In this document: positions 47,776-56,944 of the stretch, in pieces
How positions within the stretch are numbered: the first letter of the stretch is position 1
How the letters are laid out: each line of letters starts with the position of its first letter
Origin: a virus
Strand: one strand, 5' to 3'
Virus record (IMG/VR): IMGVR_UViG_3300035698_017726
Coordinates: 32,001 to 96,000 of that record
DNA: 64,000 bases
Position numbers and translations under genes: made by a program
Notes under the pieces: model-generated
Databases searched by the model: none
Seen by the model: only the letters and a program-made list of their open reading frames with translations
What the model was told of the DNA's origin: nothing

Positions 47776-48143
47776 GAGGGAATCACTAGGGCCAACCAGG
47801 CCTCAAGAGTTGGGGTAGCTGCTCCAGCAATCTGGGTCACTTCGAGAGCTACTCGGTTCAGTCCCTGGACTTCCATGGAGACTACGTCGTCATCGTTGAC
47901 CGTAAGGACTTCTCCCTTATGCCATTCCATGCTGATGGAGCTGTACCACCAGACTTGGATACGGAAGACCGGAGAGGTACCCGCCGTCTTGAACAGGAAG
48001 TGGATATACTCGTTCCGGGTGAGAAGATATCCATCAGAGGCTACGGTGGGAGCAGCGGTGATGGCCACGATTCCAGCCAGGATCTTCCTGGCCTGTGCCG
48101 TTGACCCACTTTTCCCTGTAGTTGTAGTCACATGTCGGGGCAT
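47772..48143 (-). CDS. Hypothetical structural protein
   Basis: AAGGAGG RBS. Confidence 0.6.
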   Translation of the reverse strand: MPRHVTTTTGKSGSTAQARKILAGIVAITAAPTVASDGYLLTRNEYIHFLFKTAGTSPVFRIQVWWYSSISMEWHKGEVLTVNDDDVVSMEVQGLNRVALEVTQIAGAATPTLEAWLALVIPS

Positions 48144-48254
48144 GAAGGCCTCCTTCAGACAGAGAATATCACGCCAATAGCTAAAAAGAGGAGCCATAGC
48201 TCCTCCGCTGGGCGTTGCATCAACTGCAAGCAGTGTAGACGCTACCCAGCTCAA

Positions 48255-48527
48255 CTACCAGGGGAGTTCTTCCCTAGGCGGCCTAGTCCACTTTTTGCTC
48301 TTTGCGTAGAGCTTCATTCCTTCCCATATGACCCATGGAATCCGCTGTCTCCCCTTACTCTTGGTCTTGAACATTCCCTTGTTCTCGTAGATGAGCTTCA
48401 CATCTACGGTGATGGATTTCTTCCCGCGCACTCCTACTACTGTGTACTTCAGCCTTCCTCCCGGCTGGGGTTGCCAGAATTGCCTGCCTACCTCGGGAGG
48501 GCTGTCTTTTGTTCCACCAGTGCTCAT
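48255..48527 (-). CDS. Small basic hypothetical protein
   Basis: AGGGG RBS. Confidence 0.5.
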   Translation of the reverse strand: MSTGGTKDSPPEVGRQFWQPQPGGRLKYTVVGVRGKKSITVDVKLIYENKGMFKTKSKGRQRIPWVIWEGMKLYAKSKKWTRPPREELPW

Positions 48528-48749
48528 TTTGTTCCCCTGAAGCCTATGAAGAAAATGCTTCCTCCTGAAGTAAATTCTTCATAGTAAGTGTTCTTATCGG
48601 TTCCTATTCTATGTCGTCTACTCCTAGAGCTTGTAGCAGATCTTAACGTTTTCTTCTGCGAAACCCTAGGGGTAATTCATTGCTGGCACCCTGTTAGTAC
48701 GAGAGCTATGCTGATGGGGCCATATCGAAACACCATCCAGGAGGATCCC

Positions 48750-49205
48750 ATGGCCTTTTTGACCAAAGAAGAGCGTCAGTCTCTCACCCGTACTGAGCGT
48801 CGGGAGCTTCGTCAGAAGCTTCGTCAGGAGCGTCGTGCTGAGAAGAAGGCAGCCGGTGGCGGCCCCAAGTTCAACATCGACTGGAAGAAGGTCGACGAGC
48901 TGGCCACTGAGCTCATCCTCGATATGGCCGGCATTGCCATGCCCGCTGAAGAGAAGATGCAGGCTGTGCTAGATGAGCTCGTCGAGCAGCTCGATGAGTT
49001 CTGCACCTGGACCGGCGTAGGCACCACTCTCGGTGGTATCTTTGGTGGGTCCATCGGTGCGCTCATCGGTGGCCTCGCTGCTGCAGGTCTGGAGCAGGTT
49101 GACGGTATCGCCCTCAAGGCTATCGCCGACAAGTTTATCGAGCCCCAGGTCCAGCGCGTCTATGACCGTCTGAAGGCCGAGGGTAAGGTCGAAGAGTCCG
49201 CCTAA
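48750..49205 (+). CDS. Hypothetical protein with a glycine-zipper segment (possible lysis accessory)
   Basis: AGGAGG RBS; biased codons. Confidence 0.7.
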   Translation: MAFLTKEERQSLTRTERRELRQKLRQERRAEKKAAGGGPKFNIDWKKVDELATELILDMAGIAMPAEEKMQAVLDELVEQLDEFCTWTGVGTTLGGIFGGSIGALIGGLAAAGLEQVDGIALKAIADKFIEPQVQRVYDRLKAEGKVEESA

Positions 49206-49278
49206 CCAGTTCGTAGTTCCTGCTGACCTGAAGGCGCCTCCGGCGCCCGTTAGCAAGTCGCCATGGAAGTCCAAGAAG

Positions 49279-49500
49279 ATGTGGGCCTTCATGGTGGCAG
49301 AGCTGACTTGGAAGCTCATCGTCCTCGTCATGATCTGGAAGCTAGTGAACGGCACCGATCTCTCTATTGTAGAGGGATCGGTGATGTCCATTGTGATCGT
49401 GACCACTGGCGTCCTAGAGGTGGGGTACCTCTTGGGCCAGGCCGCCTTGGACCGCTACACGTCGCTGGACTTCTTCAGCATGCTCAAGCCGGGGCCTTGA
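49279..49500 (+). CDS. Holin-like protein with two TM helices
   Basis: (SKK)MWAF...GYLLGQAALD holin-type pattern; near the endolysin; start uncertain. Confidence 0.5.
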   Translation: MWAFMVAELTWKLIVLVMIWKLVNGTDLSIVEGSVMSIVIVTTGVLEVGYLLGQAALDRYTSLDFFSMLKPGP

Positions 49501-50179
49501 CCGTTACTCCGCCTGGGAGAACGTACTGAATCGAGCCCACAGCGCCCTTGGCCTTTTCGGCCTTGAACGCCCATAGTCGGTCGAAGAGCTCGAGCTGATC
49601 CTTGGCGTCCTGAAGTGCATCGTGAGCGGGCCCCGACGTAGGTGATACCCATTCGCGTATAGAGTTCCTTCTCCTCGAAGGCCCACTCCAGGTCCGGCAA
49701 GAGGCCCAGCGCAAAAGCTGCGATGTCGATGGCCTCATAGTGGAAAGGATTCACTAAGCCGGCGGCTCCGAAGAGCTTGCTGATGAACGCCCAGTCCAGT
49801 CCAGTGGCGTAGCCTACAAAGACGCACTCGAAGTTCTGGCCGCGCACAGGGACATTGAGCCCCAAGACTGTCGTGACCTGTTTCATGATCCAGTCATGGA
49901 AGCAGAGTGCGTGGTCGTAGACCCAGCCCCTGATCTCCCCGTGCTTGCCTAGACTCAGGTTGGCGCCGGGGTACAGCGCTCCGAAGACGAGGCCTTCTTC
50001 AATCAGCTTTGGTAGGTTCTCCAACGACCAAAGCTGATTCGGGCATCCTGCGAGATGGGCAAGTCTGCCTTGTACTCTTCGCCCGTTTCTCTACACACCG
50101 CTCCAATCTGCAGTAGCTGCCCGTACGCTGGATTCGTGTCGGTTGCCTCTACATCTACTGAGAAGAAGATCTTTTTCAC
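49484..50179 (-). pseudogene. DEDDh 3'-5' exonuclease split by two single-base frameshifts (real pseudogene or assembly error)
   Basis: ExoI SVDVEAT, ExoII DWAFI and ExoIII HDALQDA lie in three successive segments; breaks at about 50030 and about 49632. Confidence 0.8.
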
Positions 50180-51067
50180 TTACCACCACCATGAGAAAAT
50201 GCGTACCGAGGAGAGCTTCCTGTTTACGCTGGTTACCTTGTCACTGGCGTTTCCCTCGATGCTATCGAAGGTGCCGTCGTCCTTTACTCTCAATACGAAA
50301 CCGGTATGTGCGGCGCCCATTGGGTCACCTCTATCTGCATGGACCCAGTCCTTACCCAGTGTGAAGATCATGCCGGGCACAATGTCGTCCGAGGACGGAG
50401 TCACGAAGGTCTTGCGTTTACGGGCCCACGGCTCAAGATGGTGAGAGCAGGAACCGAACCATGCTCCGAAGGGCGTCTCTTCCCATGAGACCCGATAGCC
50501 AAAGGCCGCAGATAGTCCCTCTTTCAGCGACCAAGACACGAAGATGCAGCACCATGGGGGCATCTTGGAGGTGTCCGCCCACCTGAAGTGGATGCAGTAG
50601 TCGCTGGGGAGCTTACCTCTAGTCGAAGGGCTGACGATGTGGCCGATTTCTGGCCCACCATTGGAGCCCTTGGGGACTTCTCGCAGGCCGTACTGCATCA
50701 CGGCAGAAGTCAGCACGCACACTACCTCGGCTACGTCGTCTTCCTTCATCTCTTTGGGGAAGGCTCCGTCAACGCCGAGGTAGTGCTTCTGCTTCAGGTC
50801 GTCGAGGTAAGTGAGGTGCTCGCTGATCCATGCAGCGTCGAGGTCAGCAGGAACAGCTACTTCCGTATCGACCAGTAGTGCTGTCCAGGTCTGCGCACCC
50901 ACAATGCCGTCGGCACTGAGAGCTCGAGAGATCTGGAATGTCACCACAGCGGTTTCGGTCTTGGCGCCGAAGGCACCATCTTCGCCGACGTGGAAGCCAA
51001 AGGTGTTGAGCCTCTGTTGGAGGAACTTGACCTCTTTGCCCTTACTGCCTTCTCTGAGAACCTTCAT
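50180..51067 (-). CDS. Endolysin: PG-binding domain plus CHAP amidase
   Basis: LREGSKG..VK.LQ..L...DG.FG..T..AV..FQ...DGIVG; PWCCIFVSW, HTGFV, IEGN. Confidence 0.88.
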   Translation of the reverse strand: MKVLREGSKGKEVKFLQQRLNTFGFHVGEDGAFGAKTETAVVTFQISRALSADGIVGAQTWTALLVDTEVAVPADLDAAWISEHLTYLDDLKQKHYLGVDGAFPKEMKEDDVAEVVCVLTSAVMQYGLREVPKGSNGGPEIGHIVSPSTRGKLPSDYCIHFRWADTSKMPPWCCIFVSWSLKEGLSAAFGYRVSWEETPFGAWFGSCSHHLEPWARKRKTFVTPSSDDIVPGMIFTLGKDWVHADRGDPMGAAHTGFVLRVKDDGTFDSIEGNASDKVTSVNRKLSSVRIFSWWW

Positions 51068-52950
51068 GAGACTACCTCGACATCCGTCATGTCCATTAGA
51101 AGAGATGCTCGTGCTTCTGCTTCTTTGCCGAGCATCTCTACCAAGGTAGCCTCTGTGACCATCTCCGTGCCATCAGGAATGGTGACTAGTTCCAGCACTC
51201 GTCCACGAGGACTCATCGTGGTCCGATACAGCACCTTAGCTGGCATCTCACCGAGTCCCTTGAACCTGGTGATGTCCCCCTTGGGCCACTTCTTCATGAG
51301 CTTCTCCAGCTCAGCATCGTCGTGAGCCCAATGGATGGCTTTGCGTACGGTGACTCTGTAGAGCGGAGGCTTGGCCAAGTACAGACGTCCCTCAGTGATG
51401 AGACCGGGAAGGTACCTATAGAAGAACGCCAGCAGCAGAGTAGCGATATGGTGACCGTCGATGTCGGCATCGGTCATGATGATGATCTTGCCGTATCTCA
51501 GGTTGCCGGAGTTGTAGTGAGGCCCAATGCCGCAACCCAATGCCTCGACGATATCCCGTAGCTCTGCGTTCTTGGTCACCTTGGAGAAGGTGTTCTGCAT
51601 CGCGTTGAGTACCTTGCCTCTGAGCGGAAGGATGGCCTGGGTATTCCTGTCCCTTCCCTGCTTGGCGGAGCCGCCGGCGGAGTCTCCTTCTACCAAGAAC
51701 AGCTCAGTCTCCTCCAGATCATTGGAGCTGCAGTCGGCTAACTTTCCGGGGAGAGTAAGCCTCTTGACTACACTCTTTCGGGCTACGGTGGTCGCCGCAG
51801 CTCTGGAGGCCGTCCTTGCTCTGGCTGCCTGGATGATGCGGTCCACCAGCTTCTTGCTCTGTGTGGCGTTCTTCACCAGCCAGTCTTCCAGGTCCGCCTG
51901 GAAGCGAGAGACCAGGTCCTTGGCTTCCGGGTTGTTTAGCCTGTGCTTGGTCTGCCCCTGGAACTGGGGGTTCAGCAAGTAGAGGGAAAGTACTCCTACT
52001 GCGCCTTCTCTGATGTCATCGGGGGAGATCTTCAGCCGCTTTGGGACGTCCTTGTGCCCGTGAAGCAGCTTCCGAACTGCTGCGACGATGCAGTCCTTCA
52101 ACGCTTGATGGTGAGTCCCTCCATCCTTGGTGGGGATGCCATTGGCGAAAGACTTGAGCTCCTCGGTAGCCTCATATGTCCAAGTAAGTAGGACCTGTAC
52201 CCGTCCATCTCCCACCTGCTCGTCGAACAGGAAGGGGAACTCCGTGACCATATCGGCGTCGGCCAAGAGAGAAGTCAGATAGTCCTGCAGCCCGCCACCG
52301 AACTTGAAGACTTCTCTGATGCTGCCGCCCAAGTCGTCGAAGGTGAGCTCCACTCCGGCATTCAAGTAAGCCTTGAGTCTCAACCGATTGAGGATGAGCT
52401 CGACGTCGAACTTCTGTTTCCCGAAGGTATCGACGTCGGGGAGGAAGCGTACGTAGGTACCCGTCCACTTCTTCTTGTCCACCTGTTTCCTCTTGGAGAT
52501 CCGGCCCTTGGGGACTCCGCCCACGTACTTCCTGGTCCAGCAGTGACCGTCACGGTTGACTGCTACCTCCATCCAAGTACTTAGCGCGTTGGCTACTGCC
52601 GCTCCCACTCCATGTAGCCCGCCTGCGCTTCCATACGCTCCGCTCCCGAATTTGCCGCCGGCGTGGAGCTCGGTGAAGACGACGTCTATCGTCGACTTCT
52701 TCTTCGTGGGATGCATTCCGGTTGGAATACCTCGACCGTCGTCACTAACGGAGATGCTTCCGTCCGGCCATAGTTGGACGACGATAGCCTTGGCATGTCC
52801 GCCAATAGCTTCGTCGATGGAGTTGTCGAGGATCTCCCAGAGCAGGTGGTGATAACCGTCCTTCCCTGTTCCTCCGACGTACATTCCGGGCCGAGCTCGG
52901 ACCGCTTCAAGACCCTCGAGGACTCTGATGTCTTTCTCGTCATAACTCAC
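51064..52950 (-). CDS. Type IIA topoisomerase subunit B (GyrB/ParE)
   Basis: LEGLEAVRARPGMY, EILDNSIDE, HAGGKF, GLHGVG, EGDSAGG, PLRGK, DADIDG. Confidence 0.96.
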   Translation of the reverse strand: MSYDEKDIRVLEGLEAVRARPGMYVGGTGKDGYHHLLWEILDNSIDEAIGGHAKAIVVQLWPDGSISVSDDGRGIPTGMHPTKKKSTIDVVFTELHAGGKFGSGAYGSAGGLHGVGAAVANALSTWMEVAVNRDGHCWTRKYVGGVPKGRISKRKQVDKKKWTGTYVRFLPDVDTFGKQKFDVELILNRLRLKAYLNAGVELTFDDLGGSIREVFKFGGGLQDYLTSLLADADMVTEFPFLFDEQVGDGRVQVLLTWTYEATEELKSFANGIPTKDGGTHHQALKDCIVAAVRKLLHGHKDVPKRLKISPDDIREGAVGVLSLYLLNPQFQGQTKHRLNNPEAKDLVSRFQADLEDWLVKNATQSKKLVDRIIQAARARTASRAAATTVARKSVVKRLTLPGKLADCSSNDLEETELFLVEGDSAGGSAKQGRDRNTQAILPLRGKVLNAMQNTFSKVTKNAELRDIVEALGCGIGPHYNSGNLRYGKIIIMTDADIDGHHIATLLLAFFYRYLPGLITEGRLYLAKPPLYRVTVRKAIHWAHDDAELEKLMKKWPKGDITRFKGLGEMPAKVLYRTTMSPRGRVLELVTIPDGTEMVTEATLVEMLGKEAEARASLLMDMTDVEVVS

Positions 52951-53378
52951 AAACTCTCCCAGTCCCTACGACTGTTGTATGCCGCGACCTCTTCGATAGA
53001 GGCTCTGCGGGTAACGACTAGAACCGTATCTCCGGGCAGCGGAGGGTCCATAGTCTTGTAGACCCACTTCTTCCCGATGACACGTCGAGGCACCCCGTCC
53101 ACCACCACGATCTCTCCTAGCCAGGGAACTCGTGAGCTATTCCTCACGGAGTAGCTGTCGCCTATCTTGTCCTCGTACTCTAGGGCTCCGACTCCCTGCG
53201 GTCGGTCGGATTCCTGAGACTTGGCCAGCTTCTCGAGACTCTTGGCTATGGATACCAGAGCCCCTGCGATCTTGGGGACGGTTCCTTGGTAAAAGCGAGC
53301 ACCCATCTGTGACTGAAAGAACTCCACTCCCATTCTTCTCTCCCTATTTGTATCTTTGTTACACAAAGGACAACGCAT
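52947..53378 (-). CDS. Hypothetical protein
   Basis: Coupled to the topoisomerase gene; the true start may be internal. Confidence 0.55.
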   Translation of the reverse strand: MRCPLCNKDTNRERRMGVEFFQSQMGARFYQGTVPKIAGALVSIAKSLEKLAKSQESDRPQGVGALEYEDKIGDSYSVRNSSRVPWLGEIVVVDGVPRRVIGKKWVYKTMDPPLPGDTVLVVTRRASIEEVAAYNSRRDWESL

Positions 53379-53379
53379 A

Positions 53380-54180
53380 TTAGTTTTCCTCTGGAGTTCT
53401 TATGCCAAGCTTTAGGCGAAGCTTTGTCATCGCCTTTTTCAAGATCTGTCGAGCCCGTTCTCGAGTGACCGTCTTCCCCTCCTTGACGTGTTTCCCCAGC
53501 TCCCGCAGAGACATGGCTTCCCCGCCGTCCAGTCCGTAGTAGAGGACCAGCGCTAGGTACTCGTCATCATCCAGGTCGCCTGCCTTGTTCATGGCGGAGA
53601 GGCAGGAGCACGAGATCATGGCCAGCTGCTCGGGGTTGGGGTCCTTGGACGGACCCCACTGGTCAAAGTTCTCGCAATCCGGAGACCCTTGGTAGTATGC
53701 GCCGTTAGTGCCGTCGCCGTAACAGCCACACATGAACGCTACAGTAAAGACAGAGATATTCTCATTGTCGGGGCACAGCTCCACCAGCGTGGGGATTCTC
53801 CCCTCCCTAAGAATCTCTTGTTCTCTCCTGTAAGCGTCCCTCTTCATCTGCTCCATGTAGAGAGGGACTCTGATCCCAAAAGTACCTGTTCTATTCTGAA
53901 GCTCTCGCTGGATGAACCAGCCAGCTACCGTCCCCAGCTTTCCCTTGTCCGGCTTCCAGTACTTTACGGCCTTGTAGAGGCCAAGCATCGCTACTTGGAA
54001 GTCGTCATCACTGCCGTAGCCTTTCTTCCGCGTGATGGCGTACGCCAGTAGCTTATTGAACATGACCACTTCCCAGAGAAGCTCTGGAGGGTCACCAGCA
54101 GCTCTGGCCTCTTCTCTCAGTCGGATGGACTTTTCTAAAAATAGCTCTTTGGAGCGTTTGGCTTGTTTGGGCATGTCCAA
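53380..54180 (-). CDS. sigma70-family RNA polymerase sigma factor
   Basis: Region 2 DDFQVAMLGLYKAV..W.P.KG...T.A.W.I; IRVP; region 4 SLRELG...VTRERARQI. Confidence 0.88.
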   Translation of the reverse strand: MDMPKQAKRSKELFLEKSIRLREEARAAGDPPELLWEVVMFNKLLAYAITRKKGYGSDDDFQVAMLGLYKAVKYWKPDKGKLGTVAGWFIQRELQNRTGTFGIRVPLYMEQMKRDAYRREQEILREGRIPTLVELCPDNENISVFTVAFMCGCYGDGTNGAYYQGSPDCENFDQWGPSKDPNPEQLAMISCSCLSAMNKAGDLDDDEYLALVLYYGLDGGEAMSLRELGKHVKEGKTVTRERARQILKKAMTKLRLKLGIRTPEEN

Positions 54181-54211
54181 TATCTAATAGGTGTGCTTAT
54201 CAGATGCACGA

Positions 54212-54239
54212 ACGCCCCAGAACCTAAGCTCTGGGGCGT
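54212..54239. terminator. Hairpin between the HNH and sigma genes
   Basis: ACGCCCCAGA...TCTGGGGCGT. Confidence 0.5.
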
Positions 54240-54250
54240 GTGCTGTGGAG

Positions 54251-54853
54251 CTACCGCAACCACTCCTTGGGTACGAAGTCTCTCCACTCATCTGGCATGT
54301 GGCGTAGCCGGGATAGGTTCATCCTGACGATGTCCCAGGCCTTCGGCTGGTAGGGACGTCTCTTCAGCCTAAGGACCTTACGGTCCGGACCCCTTGCGGT
54401 ACCTAGGGGATCTGAGCCCTTGCAGTTGTTGCAGGGCTTACAAGATGTAGTGACGTTCAGCCAGCTATGGACGGGAACCACTAGACCGCTCCAAGGGAGA
54501 GTAACCATCCCCTCCTTGGCGTGGGCCTTAGCGACTACGTGGTCAATCGAGAGCTCGTCGAAGACGTTCTTCTCCGGCTTGTAGCTACAGTACTGGCAGG
54601 TGTGTCTGTCTCTGGCAAAGATCGGACCTCTCTTCAAACGTACCTTCTGGTGATAGATGGGCACGAATGTCTTGTAGGCGATGACTGCTGGCCAGGGGAA
54701 TTCCCTGGAAGGGGACCTGAGCACACGGCCTTCATAGTTGGACAGGGTGTAGGCGACCTCCTTCTGGAGGAGCTCGAATGCCTTCCACCACGATACAATC
54801 CTGAAGGGCTTTGAGTCTGGGTGTGCGTTTAGAACAAGAACTGAAGCAGTCAC
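54251..54853 (-). CDS. HNH endonuclease (McrA-like)
   Basis: VLVLNA, IFARD..TCQYC, SIDHV, W.NV..SCKPCN..KG. Confidence 0.9.
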   Translation of the reverse strand: MTASVLVLNAHPDSKPFRIVSWWKAFELLQKEVAYTLSNYEGRVLRSPSREFPWPAVIAYKTFVPIYHQKVRLKRGPIFARDRHTCQYCSYKPEKNVFDELSIDHVVAKAHAKEGMVTLPWSGLVVPVHSWLNVTTSCKPCNNCKGSDPLGTARGPDRKVLRLKRRPYQPKAWDIVRMNLSRLRHMPDEWRDFVPKEWLR

Positions 54854-54867
54854 AACGACCTCCTTTT

Positions 54868-55077
54868 TTAGTCGCCTAACTTGGGTTTGGGGTCCACTAC
54901 GGCGCCGTACTGCCCAACGATGACATTCTCCTCATCGTCTTCGATTACGTAGATATGATCGGGTTGGAGTAATTCCATCTGTGTCCTCTCGTCCATGGCG
55001 TCAGCCACGAGATTGTGGTCCGGAGCAATTTCGGTGTCTGGAGGGATTCGGATAAACGCTATCACTCGGAAGGGCAT
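54868..55077 (-). CDS. Small hypothetical protein
   Basis: 69-aa ORF between the two nucleases. Confidence 0.45.
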   Translation of the reverse strand: MPFRVIAFIRIPPDTEIAPDHNLVADAMDERTQMELLQPDHIYVIEDDEENVIVGQYGAVVDPKPKLGD

Positions 55078-55336
55078 ATTTCAGTGTTCCTGGGCTTTCG
55101 ATGTAAAAAGTCTTCTGGCGTCTTCTCAACTTTTTGAAGAGTCTTTCCGCCATTAGCGCATAGCTTTGATTGGTCATGATCCACTGCGCTGCTACCTTCC
55201 AAGGCCGGCGACTGCGCGTGAATCTAGCGCCGCCCGCCAGCTCCCCATTGTGCTGACGTAAGCGTCTCTTGAGATCTGTCGTGATCCCCGTGTAGTAGGT
55301 TCCATCCACGCCCTCTAAGACGTAAAGAGTCCACAT
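55001..55336 (-). CDS. GIY-YIG nuclease (SLX1/UPF0213-like)
   Basis: LYVL...YYTGITTDL.RRL.QHNG...GGA.FT..RRPW. Confidence 0.88.
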   Translation of the reverse strand: MWTLYVLEGVDGTYYTGITTDLKRRLRQHNGELAGGARFTRSRRPWKVAAQWIMTNQSYALMAERLFKKLRRRQKTFYIESPGTLKYALPSDSVYPNPSRHRNCSGPQSRG

Positions 55337-55352
55337 AACTATCCCCTAAAAA

Positions 55353-55429
55353 TGGCACCCCGTAGAGGACTCGAACCTCTTACCCTCGGTTTAGAAGACC
55401 GATGCTCTATCCAGATGAGCTAACGGGGC
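55353..55429 (-). tRNA. tRNA-Arg(UCU)
   Basis: Cloverleaf, loop CTTCTAA, CCA encoded. Confidence 0.93.
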
Positions 55430-55433
55430 ATAA

Positions 55434-55509
55434 TGGTGAGCGGTACTGGGTTCGAACCAGCGACCCGCAGCTTGTAAGGCTACTGCTCTTCCAACTGAGC
55501 TAACCGCCC
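55434..55509 (-). tRNA. tRNA-Val(UAC)
   Basis: Loop CTTACAA, CCA encoded. Confidence 0.93.
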
Positions 55510-55549
55510 GAGTGGCCTCGGACGCCGAAGCACCCGAGGCCTAGTGGAG

Positions 55550-55939
55550 CTAGATGCCCCATTCCTGCATCTTGACCATCAGGCTCATGTCGATGGACAC
55601 GGCCTTGGCCTTGATGTTCGCCAAGAGCTTGCGCTCGAGGTCGCTGATGATGCCGTCGCCTTCGATGTGGCTGATGAGGAACGCTGCCTCGGCGGGGTCG
55701 ACCACGCCGGGGGTGTTCTCGTCGGCCAGGACATAGTCGGACAGAGCTTCGACGAACAGGTCGTCCCAGCTGCTGTCGTTCTCGTTGCCCTCGGTGGCAT
55801 CGGCGAGCTCGAAGAGGACCGCAGCCTCCTCGGTATCGATGACGCCGTCCTCGTAGATGGCGGCCTTGAGGGCCACGACTTCATCGGAGTCGATGATGCC
55901 GTCTTCGAGGATGTCGGTCTTGAGCTGCTGCAGTGACAT
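55550..55939 (-). CDS. TerB-like acidic metal-binding protein
   Basis: Repeated DG.ID..E motifs; adjacent to the TerD-like gene; GGGAGG RBS. Confidence 0.7.
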   Translation of the reverse strand: MSLQQLKTDILEDGIIDSDEVVALKAAIYEDGVIDTEEAAVLFELADATEGNENDSSWDDLFVEALSDYVLADENTPGVVDPAEAAFLISHIEGDGIISDLERKLLANIKAKAVSIDMSLMVKMQEWGI

Positions 55940-56011
55940 GGTACCTCCCTGGTACTCTCGAGGATGTGGAACTTTGGGGCCCCACGGGTAGTCTGGATAG
56001 TCCGGCGAGGA

Positions 56012-56545
56012 CTAGGAGTTGATGACGGCCCAGAGGTCGTCGAGCTTGGAGAGGCCCTTGAGGGTGCCGCCCTTGGAGACGTTGACCAACTGCGCGCCCA
56101 TGGGGCTCGAGTTGTCGATGGTGGCGATGACGCAGACGTTGCCGGTTGCGCCGGCGTCGAGGGTCACGGCGTGGTCGGTGCCGGAGTCGTCCATGAAGGA
56201 CAGCTTGACGTCGCTGGAGTCGAAGCGAGCGGGGGCGCCGCTCTTCACCTGGCCGTAGTCCCAGACCAGGATGTGGACCTTCTCCATCTCGTCGATGTTG
56301 GCGATCCGCATCTGTTCCTGGTTGTCGCCGCCGCTGTCGCCGACGCCTTCGTCACCGGACAGCTCCATAAAGGGGAAGGCGTTCATGTCGCCCTTGTCGC
56401 CGAAGTACGCCAGGCCCTTACGGCCGTCCTTGGCCTCGTAGAGCGCTGCGAGGTCGAAGTCGGCGGCGGTGGTCCACTTCATGGTGATGAGAGCTTGCTT
56501 GAGGGTGGGCAGCTGTGCGGTCGCGCCCTTCTGTACGAGTTCCAT
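56012..56545 (-). CDS. TerD-family stress protein
   Basis: L.KG, W....DFDLAA, FG..G....PFMELSGD.G.G...DN.E.MRI. Confidence 0.75.
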   Translation of the reverse strand: MELVQKGATAQLPTLKQALITMKWTTAADFDLAALYEAKDGRKGLAYFGDKGDMNAFPFMELSGDEGVGDSGGDNQEQMRIANIDEMEKVHILVWDYGQVKSGAPARFDSSDVKLSFMDDSGTDHAVTLDAGATGNVCVIATIDNSSPMGAQLVNVSKGGTLKGLSKLDDLWAVINS

Positions 56546-56660
56546 GTGTTTCCCCTAGAGGAGTTTGAGGTTCGTCCCGGTCTCTCTTGGAGTCAAAGAA
56601 GAGAGCCCCAGAAATCCCAGGACATTCTTCTTATGTCAGAAAACACAGTTAAAAAGAGGG

Positions 56661-56734
56661 TGGGCGAATTCGGACTTGAACCGAAGACCCTCTGGTTATG
56701 AGCCAGGTGCTCTAACCTACTGAGCTATTCGCCC
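56661..56734 (-). tRNA. tRNA CAU (Ile2- or Met-type)
   Basis: Loop CTCATAA; 3' end encoded as ACCC rather than ACCA. Confidence 0.85.
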
Positions 56735-56854
56735 TAAAACCTCTATCTCTCTTTGAGCTCGAACTTCTCGAAGAAGGGAGCGGCGTCCTTGCGGTTTCCG
56801 CTGATCCACATATCGTGAATCCTATGGACGATGTACATCACTTTTCTCCCGAGA

Positions 56855-56931
56855 TGGTGGACCGGACGGGAATCGAACCCGCGACCTTCGCCTTGCAAGG
56901 GCGTTGCTCTCCCGGACTGAGCTACCAGCCC
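56855..56931 (-). tRNA. tRNA-Ala(UGC)
   Basis: Loop CTTGCAA, G3:U70, CCA. Confidence 0.93.
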
Positions 56932-56944
56932 ACATCTCTGTTCT

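Noticed and set aside
54251-55336. HNH and GIY-YIG genes as intron-encoded homing endonucleases
   Set aside because: Both are free-standing, interrupt no gene, and no group I or II intron core was recognised.
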